Positions 24,352 through 38,800 of a stretch of 64,000 nucleotides of DNA are shown here, in pieces (within the stretch, counting starts at the first letter, position 1; every line of letters begins with the position of its first letter). Position numbers and translations under genes: made by a program. The stretch is from Squalus acanthias (lineage: Eukaryota). The stretch is taken from positions 92,566,001 to 92,630,000 of the forward strand of contig CM059427.1 in NCBI GenBank assembly GCA_030390025.1, written 5' to 3'. A model generated the notes under the pieces. That model made no database searches, was not told the DNA's origin, and saw nothing but the letters and a program-made list of their open reading frames with translations.

Positions 24352-27300
24352 ATGAAATCCTTTCTCCTCACCATTGCTGCAGTGCAGATCCTCCACTGCT
24401 CAGGTACGTACTGGAGAGAGCTGCACCTCATAAAGCAACCAGTTATTGGGAATGAGCTTCAGTCAGCGATACTTTAACAATGTTTCAAAAGAATTCACTG
24501 AAGAATGCTGGAGTGTTTTGTACAACTTTCCTTTTCTCTCTGCAGGAGTCCCAAGCCCGAAGGATGCTCTGAGAGTGTCAGTTCTGAAGCTGAACGAAAT
24601 CACCGAGACCACCAATCTCTGTGGTATAACCAGGAGAAGAGTGAAGGATGTAAGTGTGTCCTGGTCTAAGTGTGTTTCACTGTCTAAACTCTACAAGAAT
24701 ATTACTGAGTTCAGTTAGACACTGATTATTAAACATGAGCGGAATATTATATTAGTTATCTTTTGCCTTGTACAATCATCTCTTTTGTCATTTAATCTCT
24801 CCTGCTTTCCACCCTATCTCAGACCTTCCCTTTTGTTCTTTCCTCCTATCACTCCTTTCCCTGCTCTGAACTTGTTTAGAACCTCTTACATCTGTAACAT
24901 TTTCCAGTTCAGATGAAAGGACATCGACCTGAAACGTTAACTCTGTTTCTCTCTCCACAAATTCAGACTGACCTGCTGAGCATTTCCAGTATTTTCTGCT
25001 TTATTTCAAATTTCCAGCATCCGCAGTATTTTGCTTTTGTATTATATTGGGCTAGAAATTTTGGTCGGATGCATACCTCCAGAGTATGCCTCCGACCCGC
25101 GAAAGAATTATGAAACTACCTGCTGGCAGCGAGGCTGCGAAAACTTGTGGTCTCAGTCCTCAAGGCAGAGGGCAGCATAATGGCCCATGGATGCCAGGGA
25201 TGTAGGAGGTGCGGAAGCATACCCGGGATCACGTGGGTCTGGTCCTCCAATCACAAAGGAGAATTCCATTTTAATCATTTACGAAGGGAATCAATGAATG
25301 AGAGGCAATGGAATCCAGAAATCTAATAATTATACAATTTACAGAATTGGAATTTTATTCATAATTCCACCAACCTCACTAAAAATGCAATTTTTTGATA
25401 ATAATTTTATACATCATTAACACTGTAATCCGACCAATATTTGTATAAACTCATTTTATACAGTGCATAATTTACTATATGAAAATGATTAATTAATGGC
25501 TTAGATATTCCCTTACGCTGATGCAAACAGGCCATGTGCCTGCTTGCATGAACCGTAAGACTTCTGTGTGCAATCGCTGGCCAGTTGGTGGGCAAAAAGC
25601 CCAACTCTGTGCCTGCGATTGCTTTCTTGAGGCCTGCGCAGCAGACCCGTCAACATGTACGATGATAGGCTGCAAGTTTCGGATTTTGCGCATGGTTAAA
25701 GGGGACATTTTGTGTTTGGACATATTAAATATTCTGTCCCTGTAGGTTGATGATTCTGACTGTCCCAGTGGAGGCATCTGTTGAAAATAAAGAGCTGTGT
25801 TGTTCTGAGCTTTATCTGACCAGAGTAAGAACACTAGATACAATAACACACTAATGACCTTTTTCACTTTCATTAGATTTATCGCACAGGCAAATTGTCG
25901 TACAACGTGGATTTAACATTCTCGGTGAAAGAAACCGTCTGCTCCAAGAATTCTGGACTGGAATTTGATGATCCCAGCTGTCACTTCCATCCCAAAAAGA
26001 CTGCTGTGAGTCCTGAGTTATATTGTAGCATCGAAACCCCCATGTCTACTGAGTTATATCATAGAAAGGGCCGTGTGTACTGAGTTATATCATAGAAAGG
26101 GCCGTGAGAACTGAGTTCTATCATAGAAAGGGCCGTGTGTACAGAGTTATATCATAGAAAGGGCCGTGAGTACTGAGTTATATCATAGAAAGGGCTGTGT
26201 GTACTGAGTTATATCATAGAAAGGGCCGTGAGTACTGAGTTATTTCATAGAAAGGGCCGTGAGTACTGAGTTATATCATAGAAAGGGCCGTGTGTACTGA
26301 GTTATATCATAGAAAGGGCCGTGAGTACTGAGTTATATCATAGAAAGGGCCATGAGTAACGAGTTATATCGTAGTAACTTTCTGTGCCAGTGCTGAGCTT
26401 ACATTCATCAAGAGTTTTAATGAAATGTGTTTTATTTTGATAGGGAAACGGGTTTTGCAAAAGCCGTGTTGAATATTTTGCTGATGAGGTTGTTGACATC
26501 GTTGTGCAGTGTCGAGGTTTGAAGACTGTTGACAGCAACAGTGAATCATTAGAGTCAAGTGAAGACAGTATTGAGGTAACCTCATAATTATTCAAACCGC
26601 GACAATGGGGTTCCTGGACTTTGGGTCAGGATTTTCTCCCCTGTCGCAGTTTTTTTTTCCTATCTTCACTCTCTTTCCTTGGACAACAGTGTGAAGCAGT
26701 GAAAGAAAGATTGCATTGATATTTTTCACAACCTCACTGTCGTAAGTCATTTGGAAGAGCGGGGTGTGACCAGGGTTGTGTAGAGAGCCCAATGAAGAGA
26801 TCTTCAATTGTGTAAGGAACACACAGGTATGAGTAAAGAGAATGGGCATCAGGGCAAAAATTCTCAAGTGGCTAAAGTTATTCCTGGCACAAAGGAAGAT
26901 GGTCTTGGTTGTTGGTGGCTCATCATCTTTGCCCGAGGACATCATTGCATGAGTTCTCAGGGCAATGGTCCATGGCCAATCATCTTCAGCTGCTTCATCA
27001 ATGACCTACCCTTCATCATAAGGCCAGAAGTGGGTCTGTTCCCCTGTTCAGCTCCATTCATAATCGAAGCTTAGCATGCCTGCATGCAGCAAGACCTGGA
27101 CAATATTCAGGATTGATTGGCTAAGTGGCAAGGAACATTCGCATGACAGAAGTGCGAGGCAATGACCATCTCAGACAAGATAGAGCCTAAGGGCTCTTCA
27201 GCATTGACAACCTTTTGACCCATCATTGATTGACATACTCACCAAATTGAAAGACGATCAGAGCAGCACCCGTTTGATTTCAGTAGCAAAGAGTTCCCAA

Positions 27301-30160
27301 CTAATATATCCAAATATTAAACTTTTATCATAGAAAGTAATCACTGCTCACTCTGTTGGGGTTAAGGCAATAAAGTCCACTTTATTACTTTATTACTTTA
27401 TTACTTTAACCGTTGGCTCAACACCCCACTGTACCAGGGCAGGATTGATTGATTGCTGCATTTTAGATTATCCCAGTGTTCGGTGAGGACTTTATCACCT
27501 CAACACTGAACTATTAAATCTCAACTGTGAAACCAATGAGTTAATCTTTCCCTGGATTACTATCTAATACTTTTGATATCATTAATGTGAAGATGATTTT
27601 AAAACCGGATTCCATTTACAAAATGCCTAAATATCTAAATATGACTGTTTTACTCCAGGTGGAAAAGAAGTCAAAAGAAACATCACTTGAGGAGACTTCA
27701 AATGTAAGTATAAACAGAGACTTTGTGTCAGATGATTGTCTTCCTGGTCATGGTGCTCAACAACAATAAACTGTTGAAATGGAGTCAGAATGGAGTCTCA
27801 GGCAGCAATGTGCTTTTATTCAATGCAATGTCCACCCAGAGGCAGTGAGGGAAGGGGCACTGATGCTCAATTCCTATTGGATGTTCTCCAACCCATGACA
27901 AAGGATTATTGAACTGATGAAAGTAGAGAGGATGAGTTTGTTTTCACTGAAGATAAAGTGAGCTGAATTCCCACAGCGTTAGGATAGGTACTCTGCTTCT
28001 GACCTCATTACAGCCTTGGTCCAAACATGGACAAAAGAGCTGAATTCCAGAAGTGAGGTGAGAGTGACTGCCCTTGACATCAAGGCAGCATTTGACCGAG
28101 TGTGGCATCAAGGAGCCCGAGTAAAACTGAAGTCCATGGGAATCAGGGAGAAAACGCTCTACTGGCTGGAGTCATACCTAGCACAAAGGAAGATGGTTGT
28201 GGTGATTAAAGGTCAATCATCACAGCCCCAGGACATCGCTGCAGGAGTTCCTCAGGGCAGTGACCTGGGACCAACCATCTTCAGCTGCTTCATCAATGAC
28301 CTTCCCTCCAACATAAGGTCAGAAATGAGGATGTTCGCTGATGACTGTACAATGTTCAGTGCCATTCGCAAATCCTCATATAATGAAGCAGTCCATGCCC
28401 GCATGCAACAAGACCTGGACGACGTTCAGGCTTGGGCTGATAAGTGGCAGATAACATTCGCGCCACAGAAGTGCCAGGCAATGACTATCTCCAACAAGTG
28501 AGAGTCTATCCACCTTCCCATGACATTCAATGGCATTACCATGGCTGAATCCCCCACCATCAACATCCTGGGGGTCACCATTGACCAGAAACATAACTGG
28601 ACCAGCCACATAAATACTGTAGCAACAAGAGCAGGTCAGAGGCTACGTATTCTGCGCGAGTGTCTCACCTCCTGACTCCCCAAAGCCTTTCTACCATCTA
28701 CAAGGCACAAGTCAGGAGTGTGATGGAATACTCTCCACTTGCCTGGATGAGTGCAGCTCCAACAACACTCAAGAAGCTCCACACCATCCAGGACAAAGCA
28801 GCTCACTTGATTGGCACCCCATCCACCACCTTAAACATTCACTCCCTCCACCACTGGTGTACCGTGGCTGCAGTGTGTACCATTTACAAGATGCACTGCA
28901 GCAACTCGCCAAGGCTTCTTCGGCAGCACCTCCCAAACCCGCGACCTCTTCCACCTAGAAGGACAAGGGCAGCAGGCGCATGGGAACACTACCACCTCCA
29001 AGTTCCCCTCCAAGTCACATACCATCCTGACTTACAAGTATATCGCCGATCCTTCATCGTCGCTGGGTCAAAATCCTGGAACTCCTTACCTAACAGCACT
29101 GTGGGAGTACCTTCACCACATGGACTACAGCGGTTTAAGAATGCGGCTCACCACCACCTTCTCAAGGGCAACTAGAGATGGGCAATAAATGCTGGCCTTG
29201 CCAGCGACGCCTACATCCCAGGAACGAATTAAAAAAAAGTGATGACATCATGTGGGCAGTGTCTGTTACATTCTCACCATTTAATAAATAATTATTAGAT
29301 TTTTGCACGGGACGGAGAATAAACACAATAGAAACCAATTGATGAATAATCTCAGCCTTCATTAGTTTAACCATTGACCCCAATGCCCCACTGTACCAGG
29401 GCTGTATTGATTATTGCTGCACTGCAGGACATGAAATGTTTGTTTAGGAATTTGCCACTCCCTGAACTCTGAAATGTCCAGAGTTAACACTTCCTCATTT
29501 GTCATTTAATAATTTTGTTTAATTCTTTTATTATTTACAAAATGTATCATTGATCCACTGTGCTAAACATATCAATATGAATACTTTAATTCAGGTGAAA
29601 AACAAATCAAAAGAATCGTCACTTGAGGAGCCTCCAAATGTAAGTATAATCTGGGACTTTTACTCAGATGATTATCAACTACAATAAACTGTTGAAACCT
29701 GGATTCAGCTGTGTCAGAATCGAGTCTGAGGCAGCTCTGTGTTTTTATTCAATTAAATGAATGCCTGGAGCCTAGAAATTTAACGAGTTCACAATTTCTC
29801 ATTTATGGTTTAATAATCAGTGAAATCTATGTTTTGAAGATAATTCTAAAACTCAATATTATTTACACAATGTCTCATTAATCCCCTATACTAAGCAGAT
29901 AAATGTTAATATTTTAATACAGATGAAAAGCAAGTCAAAAGAATTATCGCTCGAGAGCAAGTCAAAAGAATTATCGCTCGAGGAGTCTTCAAATGTAAGT
30001 ATAAACTGGGACTTTGTGTCAAATAATTGCCTTCTTGATCATGATTATCAACAACAATAAAACACTGATCTCAGATTGAACTCAGTCCATCTGAAAATGA
30101 CAATTCTGTTGATTCCGTTCACTACAGGAACACAATGATGATTCAAGAGCCCGACACTAA
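24352..30160 (+). CDS. spp2-like: SPP2-like secreted phosphoprotein, copy C (203 aa; 9-aa duplication in exon 7)
   Basis: Exons 24352-24403, 24546-24649, 25877-26005, 26444-26575, 27659-27703, 29595-29639, 29923-29994 (72 nt), 30128-30160. Open frame with canonical splice sites. Confidence 0.88.
26048..26370. repeat. 31-bp minisatellite, copy C (~10 units)
   Basis: Same unit and same variant order as copy B. Confidence 0.95.
27990..29238 (+). mobile_element. Same intron-5 LINE, copy C
   Basis: ORFs 28016-28501 and 28660-29175, with a different stop and frameshift from A/B. Confidence 0.9.
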
Positions 30161-33100
30161 CCATGAATGAAACTTCTGAAAGGCCGAGCTTGGTGTGAAC
30201 ACAAGAAGACCTCATTCAGATTAAAGAAGATGTGATCAATTGTACTTTACTTGTTCATATATAAGGGGGGACCTGGTGTTCCTGACTGTACATTTTACTG
30301 TAACTGGGAGATTCTATAGTTTGTAAATGTTCTGTCCTTTGCTGTGTATTGTTGTCTTGTATTCTGTGGATTAAATTAAAAATATAAAGAGAATATTTCC
30401 TGATGTTCTTCCAAATGTTGTTTCTCACTTCACTGATTAGATGGGAGTTCAGACAGACACAGCGCTCAAACCAGCCTGTCATACACTTGTGACAAGTTTC
30501 CTCATTTGACTGGTAGCTGCTGGTGAACTGGGGCTTTTGCTTCTGAAACTGAGTGTGGCAAGGTGAAGAAATGGCACTGCAAAATATCTGGAATTCCTGC
30601 TCTCCGATGTTTGCTTTGAAGGAGAATAGTGAAGCTCGCAGTGCAGCTGTGACTGTAGAATTGCAGACTTCCCCTTCATCTTTCTCACTTACAAGTAGGT
30701 TGCCAGCATTATATGATGGTACAAAGCTGGCCGAGGTTATCGGATCTCTTAACTTAGGATGTCCTTACCCCAAGCCCTGCCTCCTCTTCCCTCGAGAGTC
30801 ATGTTTGGGGTGGGCAAGGAGCTGGGATATCTGGGTCCCAAGCTAGTATTGGAGTCATACCTGGCCAGTTCTGTGCAGTTGACACCAGTCTGTTTACAAC
30901 TGTTGTGAGGACAGGAGGAGCAGTTGAGTGTCTGTACGGAGAAGGAGAGAGTTGCCGTGACCTGCTGTGAGGAGAAGAAGCATGCCGAGTGTGGGGGAGA
31001 AGATTGAATGAAGTATGTTTGTGGGGTGGGGTGGGAAATAAAAGCCATGGAAAGGTGACACTCCTGTAAATGGAGACAAGATTGTCCCAGGCACCCGGCA
31101 CTTCAAACTTTACATCTTAGCTCTGACAGCTTAGCAACACTGGGTGCCAGAAACTCACTGATGGTCATAGCACCCAGCGTTGCTATGGCATTACTGGTGA
31201 CAAATGTGTCGTCTGGCCTCACCCTATCATTAACAACTTTGAACAAGCTGGCCTATAAGGTCTACAGTAACCTTTAAAGAGACAAAGCATCCATAACATC
31301 CTAATACTCTGATTGCAAAGTTGTTATGTGTCAACCAATCACCTAATTACTATATGATGGATTCGCTTATGCTGGACTAGTCACTGAGTTGGACTACTGC
31401 ATAATAGTGTATTTGCCTTATAAACCTCAACAAGGTGGAATACTGTTAAATTAGAGGGAATCCTGGATATAAATGTCACAGAACTGCCAACCGTTAGTTC
31501 AGTTATTGATCTGGTCCCATTTTAAATGTTCTCTCAAATGCAATTGACATCAGAGAAGAAAAGGAATTTATAGTCACTTGATTTGCATTGCTATGAGTGA
31601 TTGAAAGTGATTGAGAGTGGTAGCCCTGCTTGTGGGAGCCCTGGTTCAGACAATTTTGTATATTCCATCTACCCAGGTTGCTCTCAGTGCAAACAGTTTT
31701 AGAATGGGTGCGATGTTTGCCAGCTATGGAATCCCATTAAGAAATATTAAAACATAGAGAGGGTAATTTTCCCCTTGTACATTGGTGGCAGGACATCGTG
31801 CCCATTGATAGCACGTATTGGAACGCCATTGGCAGTGTGCCAGGGATTCGTCTGTCCACACTGCTAGCAGGCGAGGTCCACATCACCACCGGACACTTAA
31901 GAAGCTACCCCCAGGGTCTTTCATGACTTAAAACGTGACTGATCTCCGTTCCAACACACCCGCCTTCAAAATCCTGAGCTCTTCAAATATAGAATCAGAG
32001 GCTCCAAAGTTCCAAGTCCCGCAATCTGCCAGAGGAAGTGCGCTGAGGCGGGACTTTGGTTTGTCCGAGGGCCTAGACATTGGTCCTGTCAGATATCCTG
32101 GCCCCAGCTCATTATAAAATTGCTGGGCAGGACAAAGCCATGAGTCCTGCGATCAATTGAAGGCCCAGAAAGCACAAGGGGCCGAGGAAGGTGGAATGTG
32201 TTGGCATTGAAAGGCAGTCTGCAATTAAAGGGGCAAAGTCAGGAAACAGGAAGTGGAGATGGTATCAGTGAACAGGAGGGAAAGAAGAGCTGAAGATTTT
32301 CAGAGTGAGTTGGAGCCCTTATTATCTGAGATAAGGCAGCAGAGAGGTGCCCTATTGGAGGCAGGAGGCAAATATTCTGCATACATTCAAGCAATCTGGA
32401 AGGAAATGGCACTCTCAGTAAGTGGGCCTACATGGCCCGCAGGACACCACTGCAATGTAGGAAAAGGTTCAATGATCTGACAAGGTGCCAAAGATAGGCG
32501 CTGTGGCAGTTATGTGACAATCTAACTTGTACCATAGAGTGACAGAGAAAAGAATGTACTGCATGTCATAATTATTCCTGTGCTACCCTATCGGGTGTCA
32601 CAGTGAGCAAGGAATTCACAAATACAGTAACTGTCTCACCTACATCCCTCCAGAATCATCTGTCCTCGAATGCCAGTCTTGTGGAATGTCACCTTCCGTG
32701 TCAAAGTTCTCACACCGCCGTTAATATTCACTCTCAAGAGCTGATAGATGACAGGAAAGAAATGATGCGGAGATGCCGGTGTTGGACTGGGGTGGATAAA
32801 AGTGAGAAGTCGCACAACACCAGGTTATAGTCCAACAGTTTTAATTGAAATCACAAGCTTTCGGAACGGCTGCTCCTTCACCTGACGAAGGGTTGGACAG
32901 TGTTACAGAGCTTGAAAATTCTTCCCTCCCTGCAGTGGAAAATTGCTCATGATTCAAAGAAACATCATTCAACAGGCAGATGACCATTGGACATGAGGAG
33001 GAAGAGACAATGGAGATATCGAGCACCAACTCCTCTCCAGTCGTAGGGGATGGTAAACTAGGAGATCCATCAGTCACAGGGAGTTTGTTCAGATTACCTC

Positions 33101-35753
33101 CACCTGCATCATCAGGTACTGACAGAAATGCCTGTTAGGAGCAGGCAGTCAATACGGGGACAGACTCTAGGGCAGAAATGATGGGATTTCGGAGTGGTGA
33201 TGTCATCCTGTCCCAAACCCGTCGTTTACATGGTTGCACTCGTTACAGCACCATTGCATCTTACTCCGCTCACCACCCTCGGTGGGAAACTTCATTCACA
33301 CAAAATGGCTGGATCTCGGGTGGATCCAGAGTCCACCTCCTCCCCAATTCTGGCCCCTAGGCAATCAATTCGCCCCACTTCCATCTACCCTCAGTCTAAA
33401 CACCAACCTAACATAATCTTCAATGGCTGATACGATATGTTCAAACGGCTCAATGATCTTCAATTTGAAGATCAAGCACGAGCAGCAGCCAATGCTGAGA
33501 AGACCGAAAAGTAAACGATTAACTCAAATTAAATGAACAGCAGGAGTATGCAGACAAGCAGCCTCCAATAGTAGTAATATGAGATTGATTTAAATACCCT
33601 GAAATGGGGAGAGGTTTATGTGGAGTTTGCACATTCTCCCCGTGTCTGCGTGGGTTTCCTCCGGGTGCTCCGGTTTCCTCCCACAGTGCAAAGATGTGCG
33701 GGTTAGGTTGATTTGGCTATGATAAATTGACCCTTAGTGTTAGGGGGGATTAAATACGTGGGGTTACGGGGATAGGGTGGGAGATGTGTCGGTGCAGGCT
33801 CGATGGGCCGAAATGGCCTCTATCTGCATTGTGGGGATTCTGTGATTCAAAGATTCCAACTTCTGTAACATTATTCATCTTTACAGTCATGTGCAGTTCT
33901 GATGAACACTTTAAGTTGTTAATGGAAATATTATTACAGTTGTTTGCAGAAGTTGACAGCTGTTTATCTTCAGAACTTTCTCCTCTTGCTGAACTAATGC
34001 TTAGCTTCTCCCAAATCTTCCCCACCCCCTCGTCCGCCCCCTTCCCCTCCCACACAAAACCTCGGGCCTCCACACAGCCTCATGTAACCGGGAAGGCAGG
34101 AAGCCCGAACATGGACTTCTCCACATCTGTCAACAATCCCCCAGTCCAAAATAAATCTCTGGATGTAGCGCCTACACATCTGGAGTTGAATGGCCTCTGT
34201 TGCCAGGAGCCTGCTGCAGCTACAGAGAAACTTTGGTATTTGATGTGATTTCTCTCAATGGTTTCTTTTCAGAAACTTACCCAGAGTCAGAAAGTGTACA
34301 ATCTGAGCTGAAGTGTGGTCATGACGTTAAGGTCACACAAATTAATGACCAAACGTCACTGTGTCAGCAGCACTGAAATGACCAAGGCACCTGGGATTTA
34401 AAACCACTAGCACAGGGCTACTATTGATGGTGAAGCTGTGTGTATATCAGGGGTTTACCACTGATTGCATTGGCATGAGGTGATTTGTGTAGAGAGCGGT
34501 GTTAATTCAGCAAACTCAATCTCGCCAATGATTTTAATGTGGGCGGAGCTACGATAATTAACTGTTCAACTTTCTCAGCGAGGGTCTCTGAAGCAGATCA
34601 AAAACCCCAGCAAATTGTGGTGTGGCGTAAGGAATAGCATAAGTCACTCACGCTATAATCGCCAGGAATTCCTACACCATATTGGACCAAATCTTGCTGG
34701 AACGGGGCATCTCGCGGTGTGGGCCGTTAGTTAGACTTTACCCTGAACCCTTCAGCTCAAATATAATTTGCGCCGTAACTTGCCGGAAGTGTGAGCTGAT
34801 AAAGGCGCGGTGAGGACAGCGGGGCATCTGGTATTGTAGTGAACGACGGGACCAACAGTCCATCTCCATAACCAATGTGATTAAAGGATTAAGAAAGAAA
34901 CAGAGGAACAGCAGAGGAGGAAATAGGGTGAATTAGAGTCAAATCAGGAACAGAATGAGAAATAAAGAAAGGGAATGAAAGATTGGATTAAGAGAGAAAG
35001 AAAAAAGAGACAGAAAGGAAAAGTAAGAAAAAATGTAAAAATTTTAAAATTGACATTTTAAAAATTGCAAACAATTGCCTTCATGCAGGAATGAGACTCC
35101 ACATTTAAATAGTTGCTTTTCTGGGCCAGAGAGGTTGATTGGCATTGCATAACAATTATCGCATCATTAAAAAGGTTACGCAGTTAATTATGAGCCCTAA
35201 ATTTCTGCGGGTTCCTCAATCGGCAATTAAAGTGCAAATTCAACAAGTTCTTAAAAATAACGGGGAGGCTAAGGGTGGGATGCCACTTGTGCGAAGCAAA
35301 TGGCGGAGCGACATAAATAAACCAAAAAGTTCTGGAGATTCGCAACTCACACAAATCTCTTAATCCTCTGAACTGGCTGGCCAATTCGTGTATCAATAAC
35401 GTGCCTTGAACTTGCCATTATTTTTGCAACAAGATTTGACCCAATAATGTATGCCATAGATAGGCCTTTACTAAGGTACAAGAAATCAGTAAATTCAGAC
35501 CCGTAAACTGCAGTGGACTGAGTGTGACTTTGTACAGATTACAGTTGATCATTTCCTCTCCTCTGTCAGTTCATTATTTCATATTCTGAGGAATAATATC
35601 TGATTTCACACTTCTGCCACGAAATCTAAACACGATGACGATATTTGGAGGAAGCTCTGCCCATATTACAGCCCACTTGTCAGCAGATTTCCGTGTCCAG
35701 GATCACCAAACTGAGCAAATATGAGTCAGTGTTTGAATGTGGTGGAGGTGCAG

Positions 35754-35761
35754 TATATAAA
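35754..35761 (+). promoter_or_regulatory. TATA box, copy D
   Basis: Same context as copy B. Confidence 0.7.
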
Positions 35762-35850
35762 GACTGAACGCTGCAAGGGAAAGGCAGAGCAAGAGAGAGA
35801 AGCAGCTCCTTTACTCTTAGAAACCAGCCAGCTGATCAACAAGAGGCAGA

Positions 35851-38800
35851 ATGAAATCCTTTCTCCTCACCATTGCTGCAGTGCAGATCCTCCACTGCTC
35901 AGGTATGTACTGGAGAGAGCCGCACCTCATAAAGCAACCAGTTATTGGGAATGAGCTTCAGTCAGCAATATTTTACCAATGTTTCAAAAGAATTCACTGA
36001 AGAATGCTGGAGTGTTTTGTACAACTTTCCTTTTCTCTCTGCAGGAGTCCCAAGCTCGAAGGATGCTCTGAGAGTGTCAGTTCTAAAGCTGAACGAAATC
36101 ACCGAGACCACCAATCTCTGTGGTATAACCAGGAGAAGAGTGAAGGATGTAAGTGTGTCCTGGTCTAAGTGTGTTTCACTGTCTAAAGTCTACATGAATA
36201 TTACTGAGTGCAGTTAGACACTGATTATTAAACATGAGCGGAATATTATATTACAGTTATCTTTTGCCTTGTACAATCATCTCTTTTGTCATTTAATCTC
36301 TCCTGCCTTCCACCCTATCTCAGACCTTCCCTTTTGTTCTTTCCTCCTATCACTCCTTTCCCTGCTCTGAACTTGTTTAGAACCTCTTACATCTGTAACA
36401 TTTTCCAGTTCAGATGAAAGGACATCGACCTGAAACGTTAACTCTGTTTCTCTCTCCACAAATGCAGACTGACCTGCTGAGCATTTCCAGTATTTTCTGC
36501 TTTATTTCAAATTTCCAGCATCCGCAGTATTTTGCTTTTGTATTATATTGGGCTAGAAATATTGGTCGGATGCATACCTCCAGAGTATGCCTCCGACCCG
36601 CGAAAGAATTATGAAACTACCTGCTGGCAGCGAGGCTGCCAAAACTTGTGGTCTCAGTCCTCAAGGCAGAGGGCAGCATAATGGCCCATGGATGCCAGGG
36701 ATGTAGGAGGTGCGGAAGCATACCCGGGATCACGTGGGTCTGGTCCTCCAATCACAAAGGAGAATTCCATTTTAATCATTTACGAAGGGAATCAATGAAT
36801 GAGAGGCAATGGAATCCAGAAATCTAATAATTATACAATTTACAGAATTGGAATTTTATTCATAATTCCACCAACCTCACTAAAAATGCAATTTTTTGAT
36901 AATAATTTTATACATCATTAACACTGTAATCCGACCAATATTTGTATAAACTCATTTTATACAGTGCATAATTTACTATATGAAAATGATTAATTAATGG
37001 CTTAGATATTCCCTTACGCTGATGCAAACAGGCCCTGTACCTGCTTGCATGAACCGTAAGACTTCTGTGTGCAATCGCTGGCCAGTTGGTGGGCAAAAAG
37101 CCCAATTCTGTGCCAGCGATTGCTTTCTTGAGGCCTGCGCAGAAGACTGTCAACACGTACGATGATAGGCTGCAAGTTTCGGATTTTGCGCATGGTTAAA
37201 GGGGACATTTTGTGTTTGGACATATTAAATATTCTGTCCCTGTAGGTTGATGATTCTGACTGTCCCGGTGGAGGCATCTTTTGAAAATAAAGAGCTGTGT
37301 TGTTCTGAGCTTTATCTGACCAGAGTAAGAACACTAGATACAATAACACACTAATGACCTTTTTCACTTTCATTAGATTTATCGCACAGGCAAATTGTCG
37401 TACAACGTGGATTTAACATTCTCGGTGAAAGAAACCGTCTGCTCCAAGAATTCTGGACTGGAATTTGATGATCCCAGCTGTCACTTCCGTCCCAAAAAGA
37501 CTGCTGTGAGTCCTGAGTTATATTGTAGCATCGAAACCCCCATGTCTACTGAGTTATATCATAGAAAGGGCCGTGTGTACTGAGTTATATCATAGAAAGG
37601 GCCGTGAGCACTGAGTTATATCATAGAAAGGGCCGTGTGTACAGAGTTATATCATAGAAAGGTCCGTGAGTACTGAGTTATATCATAGAAAGGGCTGTCT
37701 GTACTGAGTTATATCATAGAAAGGGCCGTGAGTACTGAGTTATATCATAGAAAGGGCCGTGTGTACTGAGTTATATCATAGAAAGGGCCGTGAGTACTGA
37801 GTTATATCATAGAAAGGGCCGTGAGTACTGAGTTATATCATAGAAAGGGCCGTGTGTACTGAGTTATATCATAGAAAGGGCCGTGAGTAACGAGTTATAT
37901 CGTAGTAACTTTCTGTGTCAGTGCTGAGCTTACATTCATCAAGAGTTTTAATGAAATGTGTTTTATTTTGATAGGGAAACGGGTTTTGCAAAAGCCGTGT
38001 TGAATATTTTGCTGAGGAGGTTGTTGACATCGTTGTGGAGTGTCGAGGTTTGAAGACTGTTGACAGCAACAGTGATTCATCAGAGTCAAGTGAAAACAGT
38101 ATTGAGGTAACCTCACAATTATACAAATTGGGGCAATGGGCTTCCTGGACTTTGGGTCAGGATTTTCTCCCCTGTCGCAGTTTTTTTTTCCTATCTTCAC
38201 TCTCTTCCCTTGGAGAATAGTGTGAAGCAGTGAAAGAAAGATTGCATTGATATTTTTCACAACCTCACTGTCGTAAGTCATTTGGAAGAGCGGGATGTGA
38301 CCAGGGTTGTGTAGAGAGCCCAATGAAGAGCTCTTCAATTGTGTAAGGAACACACAGGTATGAGTAAAGAGAATGGGCATCAGGGCAAAAATTCGCAAGT
38401 GGCTAAAGTTATTCCTGGCACAAAGGAAGATGGTCTTGGTTGTTGGGGGCTAATCATCTTTGCCCGAGGACATCATTGCATGAGTTCTCAGGGCAATGGC
38501 CCAGGACCAACCAGCTTCAGCTGCTTCATCAATGACCTACCCTTCATCATAAGGCCAGAAGTGGGTCTGTTCCCCTGTTCGTCTCCATTCATAATCGAAG
38601 CTTAGCATGCCTGCATGCAGCAAGACCTGGACGATATTCAGGATTGATTTGCTAAGTGGCAAGTAACATTCGCATGACAGAAGTGCGAGGCAATGACCAT
38701 CTCAGACAAGATAGAGCCTAAGGGCTCTTCAGCATTGACAACCTTTCGACCCATCATTGATTGACATACTCACCAAATTGAAAGACGATCAGAGCAGCAC

